Of a stretch of 64,000 nucleotides of DNA, positions 39,601-53,100 are shown piece by piece. Location of the stretch: contig NC_043015.1 of assembly GCF_006345805.1 (NCBI RefSeq), positions 8,804,001 to 8,868,000 of the forward strand, given 5' to 3'. Each line of letters starts with the position of its first letter. Position 1 is the stretch's first letter. Origin of the DNA: Octopus sinensis. Lineage: Eukaryota. The position numbers and the translations under genes are program-made. The notes beneath the pieces are model-generated. The model was not told where the DNA came from, did no database searches, and saw nothing but the letters and a program-made list of their open reading frames with translations.

Positions 39601-41499
39601 AACGTTGAGGTATATAGCTTGAGGAGGATATTTGACAATAATTTGTATGATATACACATTTGGGTTTCTGCCGCATGTAGTTTTACTCACAAGATACGAA
39701 TGCATTATTATATTCATAATATATCATAAATTCCAACATTGATTTGATTAGGGACAGCCAAGGTGGATTTAATTAAGGCTTGCGTTTAAATTTATCACTT
39801 TAGCATTTGGATTCACCTCTCACAAACATCAAATTTGCTAGCCATTCCAGATATGTCGGTAAAATAAATGTTGTGGTCGACAATGATAAGATATAACAAC
39901 ACAACCCTCCAGAAATACACATATACATGCAAATAAAAATAAGAAACCTGAAGCTATGTGTTTGTGTCAGAAATCAATTCCGATTACGTGAAAGCTGAGC
40001 TAGATTTGTACCGTATATAAAAGGAGTGATGTTATGTTCAAGACAGGTACAGCATAATAACTATAATACTTTAATTTGGCATAAATCTTCAGACAGAATT
40101 CCAGCTGTTTTACATTCACCTGCAAAATGCATCCTTTAGAGATATTCAGTGCACAAAGGAAATTCTATGAGTTTGATATTTAAATTAAATTTCATCTATT
40201 AATCTAAATATATCTGATTATGTGTTATCCGGTAGATTGTAAGACCTTATAAATTTCTACCGAATTTTACGTCCTTAATTACTGTATATTGTCAAATTTA
40301 CCTTTATGAGAAACGATATTTTTACGGAGATGATTCAACTCATCTGGATCAGTTGTAATTGAAATGCTTTTGAATCCATTCGAAAATCTTTGCCGTGTCC
40401 GTTTCTATTGTATTTGTATACAGTAGTCGACTATTCCTTTTTCTGCCAAAAGTGAAAAGTAATAACCTTTCCATCGATTGTTGTCAACTACTTGAACTTA
40501 TCAGTTACCATGCATTTTATTGCCGAAGGAAGATTTCTGGTTGGGCTATAGCATCCTACTAAACATTTTATGCGCAGCATTCCTGCTTGATTCAGTATTT
40601 TATGTGCTCTGCCTTGTCACTAATAATTCTTCATTGCTTGATTTCTGAACTCGGCATACTTGCAGCAAACTTTCTCTTCATCATTTAGAAAGCAGGAAAC
40701 CTGATTTTAAATACTCTCTAGGCATTTTGATGTGAATTAACCTGATCTAAATACATTCTTATCGGAAAAAACATATTTGAACATTTATTCAGAAAATTAT
40801 TCCACTAATTAATTTCAAGTGTAGATAATACTGGAGAAGCTTTGACAGTGTTAAATGTAAAAACAAATGTCAGATTTCCTATTCTATTTAGATCTACTGA
40901 TCCTGCATTACAGCTCTGTGCAGATGTCGGCTTCAGATATAATTTATGTAACTTTATATCGTGTTGTTCGTGGGTTCATATGATAGTAGATTTACTATAG
41001 TGACAAACCTTCGCTTGCCAAATTGAAAAAAGCTCGTTTTAATTAGTACAATGAATTCCTTATTATTAAATAGAATTTTATATTTAACAAGAATCTATAT
41101 GCTAAATAAGTAAGCTTTTCTCATAATTCGCACTTCAATATTTTAGAATGTACTTCTATTAAACTGAAATCACCCAGCAAAATAAATTTAACGTGCTTTA
41201 TGCATTACATAATATATTTCCTTGTAACATTTGTTTTCAGCTTCAGACACTGTCTCAATTATAGGAGCATACATATTAATGATTGTGGTACAATACAAGT
41301 GATAGGTAGCAGATAATTATTTGCAAAGAATAATCAAGCAATCCAATGCTTTGAGGACGTAGTTCATATAACGCCCTCAATCAGATCAATGTAAACACAA
41401 ACATCTACTTCATATAAGAACCATTTTAATTATTCCGGTGTTCAATTTTCGTTTGCCATATAACGTTATGAAAATAACGTTATCAACAGCTAACAAAAA

Positions 41500-42530
41500 A
41501 TTAGAGATTACTCCAATAGAAGCAATTGAGGAATGTCTACGTTCCGTGAAATGACTAACCACATTCTAAAGACGTGGATGTTAGGTTCTCCAACGAGGAG
41601 GACAAAATTAAACATTCCACTGAGCCGATGACACAAGAGTGGGTGCTGCTGCCGACGTACTGTGGAAAACATGTTGCCATAGTGAGAGTCGGCAGAGTGC
41701 CTCCCGAGATCGAAGAGGTATGGCTGATGGCAGCGGTCATGCACGGAATGGAGGAAGATGCAAGAATTTTGAAGATAACCAGTACGAAGAAAGTTACCTT
41801 CTGGGGCAACGGCATAGTGATGGCGATGCAAGTTGAGTTAAAAGACCTACACGGAAGTGTAGAAGAGATTTGTCTACCAGAAGACTTTACGTTAAGAGTG
41901 ATGGTGGAGGGAAGACCTGCAACATATTTTCTGTGTAAACAAAGAGGGCGCAGGAGAGCAAGGTGCCCTCTGGAAGAAAGTAAAGTATAGGAACAACAAC
42001 ACGAAGGAAAACCCGCCGAAGCGGAGGGGCTGTAAAAAATTAAAATAAAAAGGGAGTAATTTACTGTCGTAAATAGGCGAAAGGGGAAAGAGCAGGGGAG
42101 CTCTCCGCAAGAGAGCTCCAAAACAATGAAGGAAATAGAGGTGAAAATACAGGAGGTACCGAGGAACTGGTCAGATATAGCAGCAGAGGTATCGCAACAT
42201 AGGGTGGAAGACATAATCGTGGATGATTATTTTGATGCACAGGCGGAGATACCAAGGGGAACGACTAGCCCAGGCGGCCCAGTTCCGGAACAAGTATATA
42301 GGAATAAGAAAAATTGGTATGTAGTCACATATGTGAAAAGCACAGCCACAGGGCGGAAATAACGAAGTTTAAAAGTGGCATAAGGATTCAACTGCCAACA
42401 CAATGTTACCCGGAACACATCAAAAGTGTGGTGATTGACAACGAGAGGTATAGAAGATTGAAAGAACTATTTGGAGATGAGATAAAATCTTTGGGGGAAG
42501 AGATTGAATTTGAGGAACTACTAAATGTAG
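41500..42530 (+). mobile_element. ORF1-only fragment of an L1/Tx1-related LINE
   Basis: ORF 41574..41990 reads VLLPTYCGKHVAIVRVGRVPPEI...LRVMVEGRPATYFLCKQRGRRRARCP, homologous to the ORF1 knuckle regions at 1258 and 7686. I see no ORF2 downstream. Confidence 0.65.
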
Positions 42531-43490
42531 TTAAATATAAAGAATTAATACCTTTAATAATCATTGTAAAACGTTGTGATCGGATGAAACAGGCATGCAA
42601 TAAGATGAGGATAATTTGTTGCTACATACATCTACCCACAATTTCTCATCTGGATATTTCTTCCAGAAGAAATTGTTTTAACATTATTCGCTGTAGCAAG
42701 TTTGTGAGGAAACATTCTATATTTCAATACATAGGTGAAGTGCGAATCATCATTTCAACGCTGACTTTGAATCCAAACATCCGTGTCTTCGGAGTTACCA
42801 ATCGCTTTTAAACATTTTACACAATCTGAGCAATAACAAGACCCCCAACAACGAATAAAATTTGATACACAGTTAGTGTTGTATGGGTATATGTTATGTT
42901 CAACAAACATGGTCCATATTCTCAATTTTCAAACCAAAATGGTTTTGAAGTAAGAATAATAACAATAGCAATGAGGACGATAGTTATAATGGTAAATAGG
43001 AGGCTGGTAATTGTGGAGGTGGTGATAGTGAGGGAATGATGATGATGGGGAATATTATAAAGTGCTTCAAGAAATATAGGACGAGATAATTTGTTTGTAA
43101 CACAATTTTCCCTTTTTGAAATTGTATATCTAGAAAAAGTAAAAAATGAAATAATAATTATACTGATTAAACGGCAATTAAGAATGAATATTATCCTCAT
43201 TATAATCGCAAAAATAAAATCTTAGTTGAGATATTCGCAGTTGAACGTTGTGTAAGAATTTAAAATACAGATTACAGTTACTTATTTCGAGATACATTTT
43301 GATTTTGTTGGAATACCTCCAAAACATATACATTGAAAATTACTGCAGCGTATATTTAACAAGAAATTTTATCATATACATACAAAAACTAGAGACAATA
43401 TACAGGTAAATTACGTTCTGCAAAACAATTTTTGAAGTAAATAATATTCAATGTAATTATAAATTTTATACTTCATTTTTCTTGCATCTC

Positions 43491-43602
<112 letters not shown>

Positions 43603-44012
43603 CAAGGCAGGAAATACTAACATATTTTTATAGAAAAGATTTCACTACCGGTTTCAGTCTTTGAGACTTTTTCAACTCTAAGTATGGCAAACACATTTTA
43701 GAATATTTAAATGCATAGTATTCAAATATATATATATATATATATATACATTCAGATACATAAATGAGTAAACATCAAATGTAGGAGAGTAACCACTACA
43801 GATAAGGCAACACTGTATCTCACTGCATGCACGCTTCTATGTGTGTATATTATGTGTATATATATATTTATATACGTATATATATATATATATGTATATG
43901 TATATATGCATATGTATTCATGTATGTATATGTACATATATATATATGTCTCTCTCTATATATATATTATATGAATATGTATTTGTGTATACATATGTAT
44001 ATATATAGGTGT

Positions 44013-44057
<45 letters not shown>

Positions 44058-44379
44058 TATATATGAATGTTTTAACAAACGTAGGGAATAATAAGCACTC
44101 CGTGTCATCAGGAAATTTACTATTTTACACTTTACTAATATAATATAAACAGTATCATTTATACTATTATTACGACTTTGGGATGTTACCAATAGAACTG
44201 CAACTCCTATTACAGTATAAATTATTGTATGGAATAGAAATATATATTCAATAAAATAATATAAGCATTAAAAAACTACTATAGATAGTATTTAAAAAAA
44301 CATTTTGAAACATTTTTTTAAAAATTGATATAACTTACTTGTTATTAGTCTGTGGGGAAAGAAGATTGTTTTAATCAAC

Positions 44380-45090
44380 ACTGTTGTTTGGAAATAGGAT
44401 TGAACCAAATGTCCCTATTCATCCTAGAATAACCATTCAGGATCATAATTTTTTTTTAATCTAACTCGCTAATAAGACGGATGTGCCCATGTAAATCCGA
44501 TAGAGGAAGACTCAGTAGACGTATATTAGACAATTATATAGATAAACTTAATACGTTAAATAACCTTAAACTCTGGAGTTGGACCCGAGATACTTTAAAT
44601 TGGTTTATAAATATTAAAGATCAAAATAGGTGGAAGTTCATCAAATAGATATAGAAAATTACTATTCATCTATTAACGTGATTATTCTTAATAAGGCGCT
44701 TATATTAGCTTTGAGAAAGGTTAAGTTTACAAGTGATAAAGTTAAAATAGTACTAGCGGTTTGGAATCCCTAATTAGACATAAAAATAAACTATGGGCTT
44801 GGAAAGACAAGGGATTGCTTCGATATACCCATGGGAGCCCCAGTCTCTGCACAAATAACAGATTTTAGTAGCAATATACCTTTTACCTGAATTGCGTTAG
44901 AACATCTTAACATAGAAGGAAGTTTTATAGGGACGACCTAATCTTTATAATTAAAAAAACTGCACTGATACATCATGAGAAAATAAGAAGAAACAAATTT
45001 ACAAATTATTTAAGAATTATGGTTTAGATATATTTATAGAAAAAGATCATTGTGTGGTTAACTACCTAGATGCAAACCTAAATTTGTAAC
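44380..45090 (+). mobile_element. Decayed Penelope-like RT fragment
   Basis: Fragments LSRRILDNYIDKL, DIENYYSSIN, CFDIPMGAPVSAQIT, catalytic YRDD (TATAGGGACGAC at 44926-44937) and VVNYLDANLNL. Confidence 0.8.
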
Positions 45091-45559
45091 TAAAAAAAAA
45101 AACATTGGTTGTACATTCTACCGATGATTTGGTGCCATATGTAAACGCAATGTAGAAGGATGTTATTTTCTATGTTTGATCGTATTTGTTTGATCGTATC
45201 CTTATAATGTTATATTGATGCGTATTTATTGCTTGAGTCAATATAAGTACTAGGAATGCGAAAAACTTCTAACCATATACAAGGTGCCTCGCTAATCCGC
45301 ACGCCAACTTAACCATATCTATTGCAATCAGCTATTCACTAAATATTTTCATTCACTGATGCAAAGATATATCTACGAAAATTTACAAACTCTGTCACGA
45401 ACGCCCAAAGAAATGTTCCTTATCTTTCAATAATTGACTAGCACTCAAGTTTATGCAGTGCATATGTATATATATGTAGATATGAAATCTAGCATGACTT
45501 TTTTGGTGTATATGTATGTAATGCATATACATATGTATTGCATATTGTGTATATAATGG

Positions 45560-46250
45560 ACATGCACAAATTTGATTATGTTTTCAAAGTCACTGATGTT
45601 TCATACTTCGAATCGTAGAGTATGAAATGTTACCATTGGATACAAGGATGGAAACTTTCTCTCCTAAGATGCAAAAAGGTTTGCCATTGATATTATATTA
45701 TTTAATTTTGATGTTATACAAAGACTCGCATTTTCTCTCACGTCATCTCGCTACAACCATTATAATCCAAGTTGTATGAGATTCTTGCTTCTCTGTTTAA
45801 GTTTCTGCGCCACAAAGGAGTTATTTTCTTTCTCTCCTCAGAAGAAGGCAAAGAGCAGCGCATAAGATTCCTTGATTCTGTTTCCCGTCATCCAACATAA
45901 GTTTTCTTACGGTGGGGTTGGGTGGGCAGTTTCATACAAGTTAGTGATGCTGATTTGTAATGAATTACTTTCTCCAGGTATATATTTCACAGGAGGTAGT
46001 TACCTGGTAATCAACACTTGCAAGATATTTTATCTCGAATGTTGTAACTTACAACAACTTTCGCCATTTTTCCATTACAGGTCTCATAAATGGGTATTTA
46101 TAGATTTTATGAATTTTCTAGCTCTATTTGTAGAAAAATTTATGCAATATGGAGGATTATACTATAACACTTCCCTCTGTCTACGTTACTCTACAGGTCC
46201 CTTTATTTTTAGAACAATATAGTTGATACTATTCTTAAGATTGGACCTTT
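45560..46250 (-). mobile_element. Decayed Penelope-like post-RT / endonuclease half
   Basis: The minus strand reads YNPPYCINFSTNRARKFIKSINTHL and NGKPFCILGEKVSIL, typical of the Penelope linker and C-terminus. Confidence 0.65.
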
Positions 46251-46688
46251 GAAATGCAACATTGTAATATTTGAAAATAACTTGAAATAACTTGAAAATA
46301 ATTTGAGGATAGGTTTGAAACACGACTGCCAACTGAATAGTGTAAATGACAATGATTAGAGTCTCTGTTAATGTAGGAGATTACTTCATTTGATTTATGT
46401 CATTTTAAATTTGCTTCTAACGTCTAGAAAATTAATGTAGTTAACGAGAGTATTAATTGAAATTGAAAGGGAGAGCCGACTAAATTGCAGAATATTTGTT
46501 GCCTCATTACTTCCCAGGAAAAATGTCGATCACTTATTTCCACTATTTTTGCTAGCGAATGTATGTCTATCGACAGAGAGATAGTGAGAAACAAAGAGAG
46601 AGAAAAAGAGATGAAAATGCATGTTTCAGTAAACATATGTATATATATATACACACACACACATATATGTATATGTACATATGTAGTC

Positions 46689-46724
<36 letters not shown>

Positions 46725-46737
46725 TTATATATATATA

Positions 46738-46790
<53 letters not shown>

Positions 46791-46792
46791 AC

Positions 46793-46841
<49 letters not shown>

Positions 46842-47479
46842 CATATATATACATATATATATACATATATATATATACATACGTATATATATATTATATA
46901 CATGTATATATACACATATGAGTAGATATGCAGTTATCACGAGTCGTGAGGTATTATAAATTTACAGTAATATAATTTCTGCTATTTGAAAAGCAGTCAT
47001 TACGTATGTTTAAATTGATTGTGTTTGAAACATGCGATTCATTTGTTGATTCAAAAGTGTATTACATGTGCATTCAGGGCGTCGTGATCGTCATTATATT
47101 TAGCAGACTGGAAAACAATGTCACATAATTCCATGCAAAGAATCATGTAGAAGAATAGTGAAAGAAACACAGTAGTTTTAGTTGTGTGATTGCCTTAGAT
47201 GTATGAAAACAATTACGAAGCTGTGCTGTTATTAAATTTCCACATCATAAGCTGTAACAGATATTCATCTTTTCACATTTTCTATCTAATATAGATTCTA
47301 TTATGCAGTATTTATATATAATATTATGACAAAGTTAAATGACAACGAGAGAACGTTAACATTGTTATTAAGAACATGAATGGTATCCAAAGAATACTAT
47401 TAAAAGAAAGAGTAACACCACCCCGCCATCATCACCCACACTACCACAACCACCATGGTCAACAACATTAATAACAATA

Positions 47480-47690
47480 CTTTCTATTATAGTCATAAGG
47501 CCTGAAATTTAGTGGGAAGGAACTATTCGACTACATCGAACCCAGCATTTCACTAATACTTATTTAAGCGACCTCGAAATGATGTAAGGAAAAATTGACC
47601 TCGGTAGAAGTTGAACTTAGAATAAAGCGACAGACGAAATACTTTTAAGCATTTTGCCTGGTATGGAAATGATTCTGCCAGCACGCAGCC
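47480..47690 (-). mobile_element. Diverged OK-type SINE
   Basis: Shows AAGGCCTGAAATTT, GACCTCGGTAGAAGTTGAACTTAGAA and CTGCCAGCACGC blocks. Confidence 0.75.
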
Positions 47691-47699
47691 TTAACAACA

Positions 47700-47703
47700 A
47701 CAA

Positions 47704-47779
<76 letters not shown>

Positions 47780-47789
47780 GTTGTTGTTG

Positions 47790-47855
<66 letters not shown>

Positions 47856-47858
47856 CTC

Positions 47859-47891
<33 letters not shown>

Positions 47892-47905
47892 TAATAATAA
47901 TAATA
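47700..47905. repeat. (ATT)n/(AAT)n trinucleotide tracts (others at 22590-23170, 48441-48665, 49185-49310, 49737-50110)
   Basis: Directly visible. Confidence 0.97.
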
Positions 47906-48440
47906 GCCCTGATGCAGTACAAGACAGTGGCTCTCATGGCTTCTGATCTTAACTGATTGGATGTGTTATCATGTACGTTGTTTTGTCTTGGTATAAATGA
48001 TGGGCTACAGCAAATATTCTGCTCAATACCACAGATTTGCTTGTCAGTTGTTCGACCATAACCAGTTGAGCATGTCGCTTAGTGGCTGACGATATGTGCG
48101 TCTCTAATCACCAGCAGAACTAGTGGGGGAGCCTCATAACCAGGTGTTGAAAGGAATTCTTTGAGATTTGGATAATTCACAATTTGGAAAAATGGGTGGT
48201 TCGTTCAACATCCTTAAACAATCCTTATTCAGGGATCTTTTGAGAAGAAAATTTTAGCTGGGCGCCACCTGCAAGGTCATGCGCTATTTATATTGATATG
48301 AGATCAACATTCCGTGCACATATGGTTGTGATGCATGTGCCTGGTGTGCCCTTATCAGACAGGTAGTCATGATGGGTGTACTGGGCTTCGTATATATTCC
48401 CCCAGTTTCACTTTGATGGCATGCACTGCTCTCTCACTCA
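47906..48440. mobile_element. ~535-bp GC-richer non-coding element with (AAT)n on both sides
   Basis: Sharp boundaries AATAATA|GCCCTGATGCAG and CTCTCTCACTCA|ATAATAAC. No credible ORF. Confidence 0.55.
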
Positions 48441-48482
48441 ATAATAACAATAATAATGATAATAATAATAATAATAATAACG

Positions 48483-48551
<69 letters not shown>

Positions 48552-48563
48552 GTAATAATAGTA

Positions 48564-48595
<32 letters not shown>

Positions 48596-48621
48596 TAATA
48601 ATAATAATAATAATAATAATA

Positions 48622-48659
<38 letters not shown>

Positions 48660-48694
48660 ATAATAATCAATTAGAAAGCATTTTCTTTGTCTTC

Positions 48695-49184
48695 ATGATC
48701 TCTGACAACTATATCTGGTCTGTTGGCCTTAATTTTTCACACACAGATAGAGAAATTAAGGCCAACAGACCAGATATAGTTGTCAGAGATCATGATGAAA
48801 AAAAATGCTTTCTAATTGATGTATCAATACCGGCAGATGACAACGTGTCTCTAAAAGAAATGGAGAAACTCTCAAAATACAAAGACCTGGAAATAGAGGT
48901 AACTAGAATGTGGAATCTGAAAACAGAAACAATTCCTATTATAGTAGGTGCATTAGGCATGATAAGAACATATTCAGACAAATACATAACAAAAACACCA
49001 GGACTTACAAACACATATAACATACAGAAAATTGCACTACCAGGCACTGCACACATCCTACGCAGAACACTTTCCATACAATAACCATCAGAGCATCACA
49101 ACAAATCACAGCACATACCCAAGGCACACAGAGCTGCGCTCGGTAGTGAAGTGAAAGCACGCTATAAAAATAAAAATAAAACTA

Positions 49185-49188
<4 letters not shown>
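48695..49188 (+). mobile_element. Young 5'-truncated R4/Dong-like copy: RLE domain, 3' UTR and (AAT)n tail
   Basis: Open frame with HTDREIKANRPDIVVRD...FLIDVSIP...KEMEKLSKYKDLE (PD-(D/E)xK-type RLE). The 3' UTR ends ACTACTGA-(AAT)n, and an (AAT)n-rich tract lies just upstream. Confidence 0.9.
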
Positions 49189-49215
<27 letters not shown>

Positions 49216-49312
49216 TATTAATAATAATATAATAATAATATAATAATAATGATAATAATAATAATATAATAATAATAATAATAATATAATAATAATAATA
49301 ATAATAATAATC

Positions 49313-49515
49313 CATTCTACTATTGGCACAAGGCCTGAAATTTAGGCGAAAAGGACCAGTCAATTTTATCGACCTCAGTACCTAACTGATACTTAATTTA
49401 TCGACACCAAAAGGATGAAAGGCAAAGGCCACCCTGGCAGTATTTGAACCCAGAGCGTGAAGACAGACAAAATACCTGTAAGCATTTCACCCGGCATGTA
49501 AGAGATTCTGCGAGC
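49313..49515 (-). mobile_element. Diverged OK-type SINE
   Basis: Shows CACAAGGCCTGAAATTT, AAGGATGAAAGGCAAAG and TTTGAACCCAGAGCGT blocks. Confidence 0.75.
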
Positions 49516-49736
49516 GCAACCAAAACAACGACGATGACGACAACAATGATGATATCTTTGATTATTCGAAAATTTATCTGGTGTGGGGAGGAGTCACAAT
49601 ATTTATAATGATTAAATATTCTTAATATTCCCATTTGTAAAATGTAAGTTTGATATTAAAAAAAAGCGTAAAATGTAACTTCTGCTAGAACAAGTTAGAA
49701 TAAAAATGAATTGGTATTGGAAGAAATTTGAAAATT

Positions 49737-49799
<63 letters not shown>

Positions 49800-49982
49800 G
49801 TAATAATAATAGTAATAATAATAGTAATAATAAAAATAAATAATAATATTAATAATAATAATAATAATAATATTAATAATAATATAATAATAATAATAAT
49901 AATAGTAATAATAATAATATAATATTAATAATAATAATAATAGTAAAAATAATAATAATTATAATAATAATAATAATAATAT

Positions 49983-50032
<50 letters not shown>

Positions 50033-50057
50033 GAAGAAGAAGAAGAAGAAGAAGAAG

Positions 50058-50093
<36 letters not shown>

Positions 50094-50114
50094 AACAACA
50101 ACAACAATAATAAC

Positions 50115-53100
50115 AATGTTAATACGATCACACCAGCGACGTTTGACAAAACAGGTAACACCGGGGACGATTAAAATGTGAAAGCGATAAAACACGTTTT
50201 CGAAATTTATCCAAACCCATCGGGAATAAAAGCAGCAAATGGAGTCTAAAATAACTGACAAAATGTTGGACTATAACCTAGCAAGTAATACGCGTTAAAA
50301 TCTATTTCTATTTCCCGAATGAAATGTTGTATTTTAACTGTGTCATCTCCATCACTCGCACACAACACGTGTAAACACCCTCACCAGATTACGATCCAAT
50401 CAACATAGGACCATCTCCTTCCCAACCACCATACACAAAATATCTTAAATAAAGTAGATATTATTCAAACCAAAGATAATAAACGGGAAGTACGTATTTA
50501 TTTTAAAGTTGTTACACAAATAGTACGAACAAATATACGTGCAAAACCATTTAACACAAGAAATAAACATACCGGTGCCTTAAGAAATTGATAACCTTAA
50601 AAACAACAGAGCGGGCGTTATTCCCCATGTCCCGCAAATAAAATCAAAAACGCATAAACGGACCCGTGAGGATTATATTTCAATCCTACACGCTTATTTT
50701 ACAGCAGTGTTTTACCCACAGAAGGAAAACGCAAAGGCATATATAAACTAGATAAAGATTTATATACAGCAATTAATGAAAATAAGAGCAATGAAGGAAA
50801 ACACAACCACATATATATATATAAATTAGATAAAGGTTTCGATACAGCAATGAACTCAAGGAAACTAGGTAACAGACAGACACATATTCTCAGAAATAAA
50901 TGATCAGAAATGGAAATAGAAACTCTAAAATACATCAGGAAATTGTATATGGTAACCACGCAGCAACGCCAAAGAGTATGAGCACTGGGACTGTAAAATA
51001 CGAAAATAGACGTAACTTGTCCAACAAATCTAAATAAACAATGAATAACAACCCCGGAAAGTAGGATTGTATAATAATGAGCAAAATGCGTCAATCCAGA
51101 ATACCATAGACTAAAAGATGTACGGAAGGAAATACGAGAGGGAAACTAATGATTATGATACTTTAAAAGTAAGCATAGTCAAAGAATTCAAAGCCACAGA
51201 GCTCAGTATGGAGCACCGATTATACCTCCCAAAAATGAAAATTGATAATAAAGTTGATAATAAAACAACATATAAATAACATAAACCAGTCCGTCACAGA
51301 ACTAATAGCCACAGAAACAAGTATCAATATGACCAGGCTAAATAATATAATATATTCATCCGCCTCTGTGGCAACAAAAGAAACTAGTTACCCCCTAAAA
51401 CTTATCCAAAGAGGAGTATCACCACCCAAACAAACTAGTTGATAAATAATATCAAGAAACTTAAATGGAGAATAAGAGGAACGATCCTTCTATCCCCAAT
51501 GAAACTAGTAGACAATCAACACTACTACGTAACACAAAGAGAAGAAAAATACTACACTCATACAAAATTACAGAACAATACACACCTGAGGTAAAAAAAA
51601 GGCTAAAATAAGGCACCCTTACGAAAGCATAAAGAACCTGCCAGCATGGAAACACCAACGTTTCTTTCAACAAAACTCCAACCCCTAAAGATTTTCCCAA
51701 GAATAAAATAGCAACCAATGCAGTATCAACAGCAGAAGAAGTGGAATAGTTTGGGAAAGAAACATGGACGTTGGAAGAACAACCTAAGCACAGATCTATC
51801 AAAACAACGAACGCAACACCTGAACGACCCTCGAGCCGTATAACGACTGAAGGGGTCACCTATTTACAGCAAATCTAAGCAACTGGAAGGCACCCATGAT
51901 CGACAGATCCCCAACTTCTGATTAAAATACCCAACAGGAACATAAAAAAGCTGGCTGAGAAATTTAAAATATACTGGTAGAGACAGAGACAATACCCTAA
52001 TGGCTCACAGAAGGGCAAACTATTTAAATTCCCAAATTAAATAAAGCGGAAACCCCACAAAATTACAGACCGATAACTTGTCTCCCTACAATTTACAAAG
52101 CCTTTGCTACAATAAAATTGCAGAGAATGATCAAAGATGTGGAATAAAACAGTCTGTTTCCAGACGAGCAGAAGGTTATGCTGCAAGGGCTCATACAGCT
52201 GTGAACAGCAGCTACTTGTTAATAAATCTTGGATCGATTACCAAACTTTTTTTGACAGTATTCTCCGCACATGGATCTTAGAAACACTATCCATAACAAG
52301 GTAGCACCAATAATCATGAAATATATAAACATTCCATGAATAAATGGAAGCCAATACTACAGCTACAGACAAAGAGGGACTCATAAAAACAAACGCCATC
52401 GCCAATAGAAGTGGAATATTCCAGGGAGACACGCTCTTTCCACACCTGTTTTGCTTCGCTGTGACGCCTTTATCTGACATGGTAAACAGGACTGGATGTG
52501 GATACAACTGTTACGGCAGAACAATCAGCCACAACTTGTATACGGATTATCTAAAACTGTACGTTATAAATGATAAACAAATGGAAACATAACTACAGAC
52601 AGTACATAGATTTACCAGAGAAACAGACACGGAATTTGGCTTAGAAAAATGTTTCAACGCAACCAAGAAAAGAAGAAAACTAGTTGAGAGTAGCAACATC
52701 ACAGTTGATACAAAATATGGAATAATTAATCCAAAATCTGACATACAAATACTTAGAAATCAAAGAACTAGATACGATACAACACACACATGAAAGAGAA
52801 AATAAGAAAATAATACAATAGACGAGTTAAATTTATACTAAAAACAGAACCCAATGCGAAAAGCACAATAATAGGTATCGACATTCTAGCTGTCTTAGTT
52901 ATATGGTATAACTACAATATTCTTAAGAGGACACTTAAAATGTAATCAAAATAGATATGAAAACAAAAAAAAATAACGATAGGATTTAGAATGCACCATC
53001 CAAAATGTAACATAGAAATGTTATATATACAAAGTCTCGAAGGTGTTTGAGGCTTTATACATCTAGAAAACAATTACAAATTAACTACCAAAGGGCTACA

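Noticed and set aside
43635-43685. Hammerhead-like string on the minus strand (TTGAAAA-AGTC..GACT-GAAACCGGTA), and two GAAACCGGTAG strings at ~27580-27615
   Set aside because: The core is broken and stem I does not pair. At most these are dead PLE-terminus remnants.
46424-46940. IY-rich ORFs (also 14345, 18797-19194, 20639-20923, 43752-44192)
   Set aside because: They are translations of (TA)n and (TACA)n microsatellites.
47645-48674. Poly-Asn, poly-Ile and poly-Leu ORFs (also 22475-23255, 49106-49363, 49959-50261)
   Set aside because: They are translations of (AAT)n tracts.
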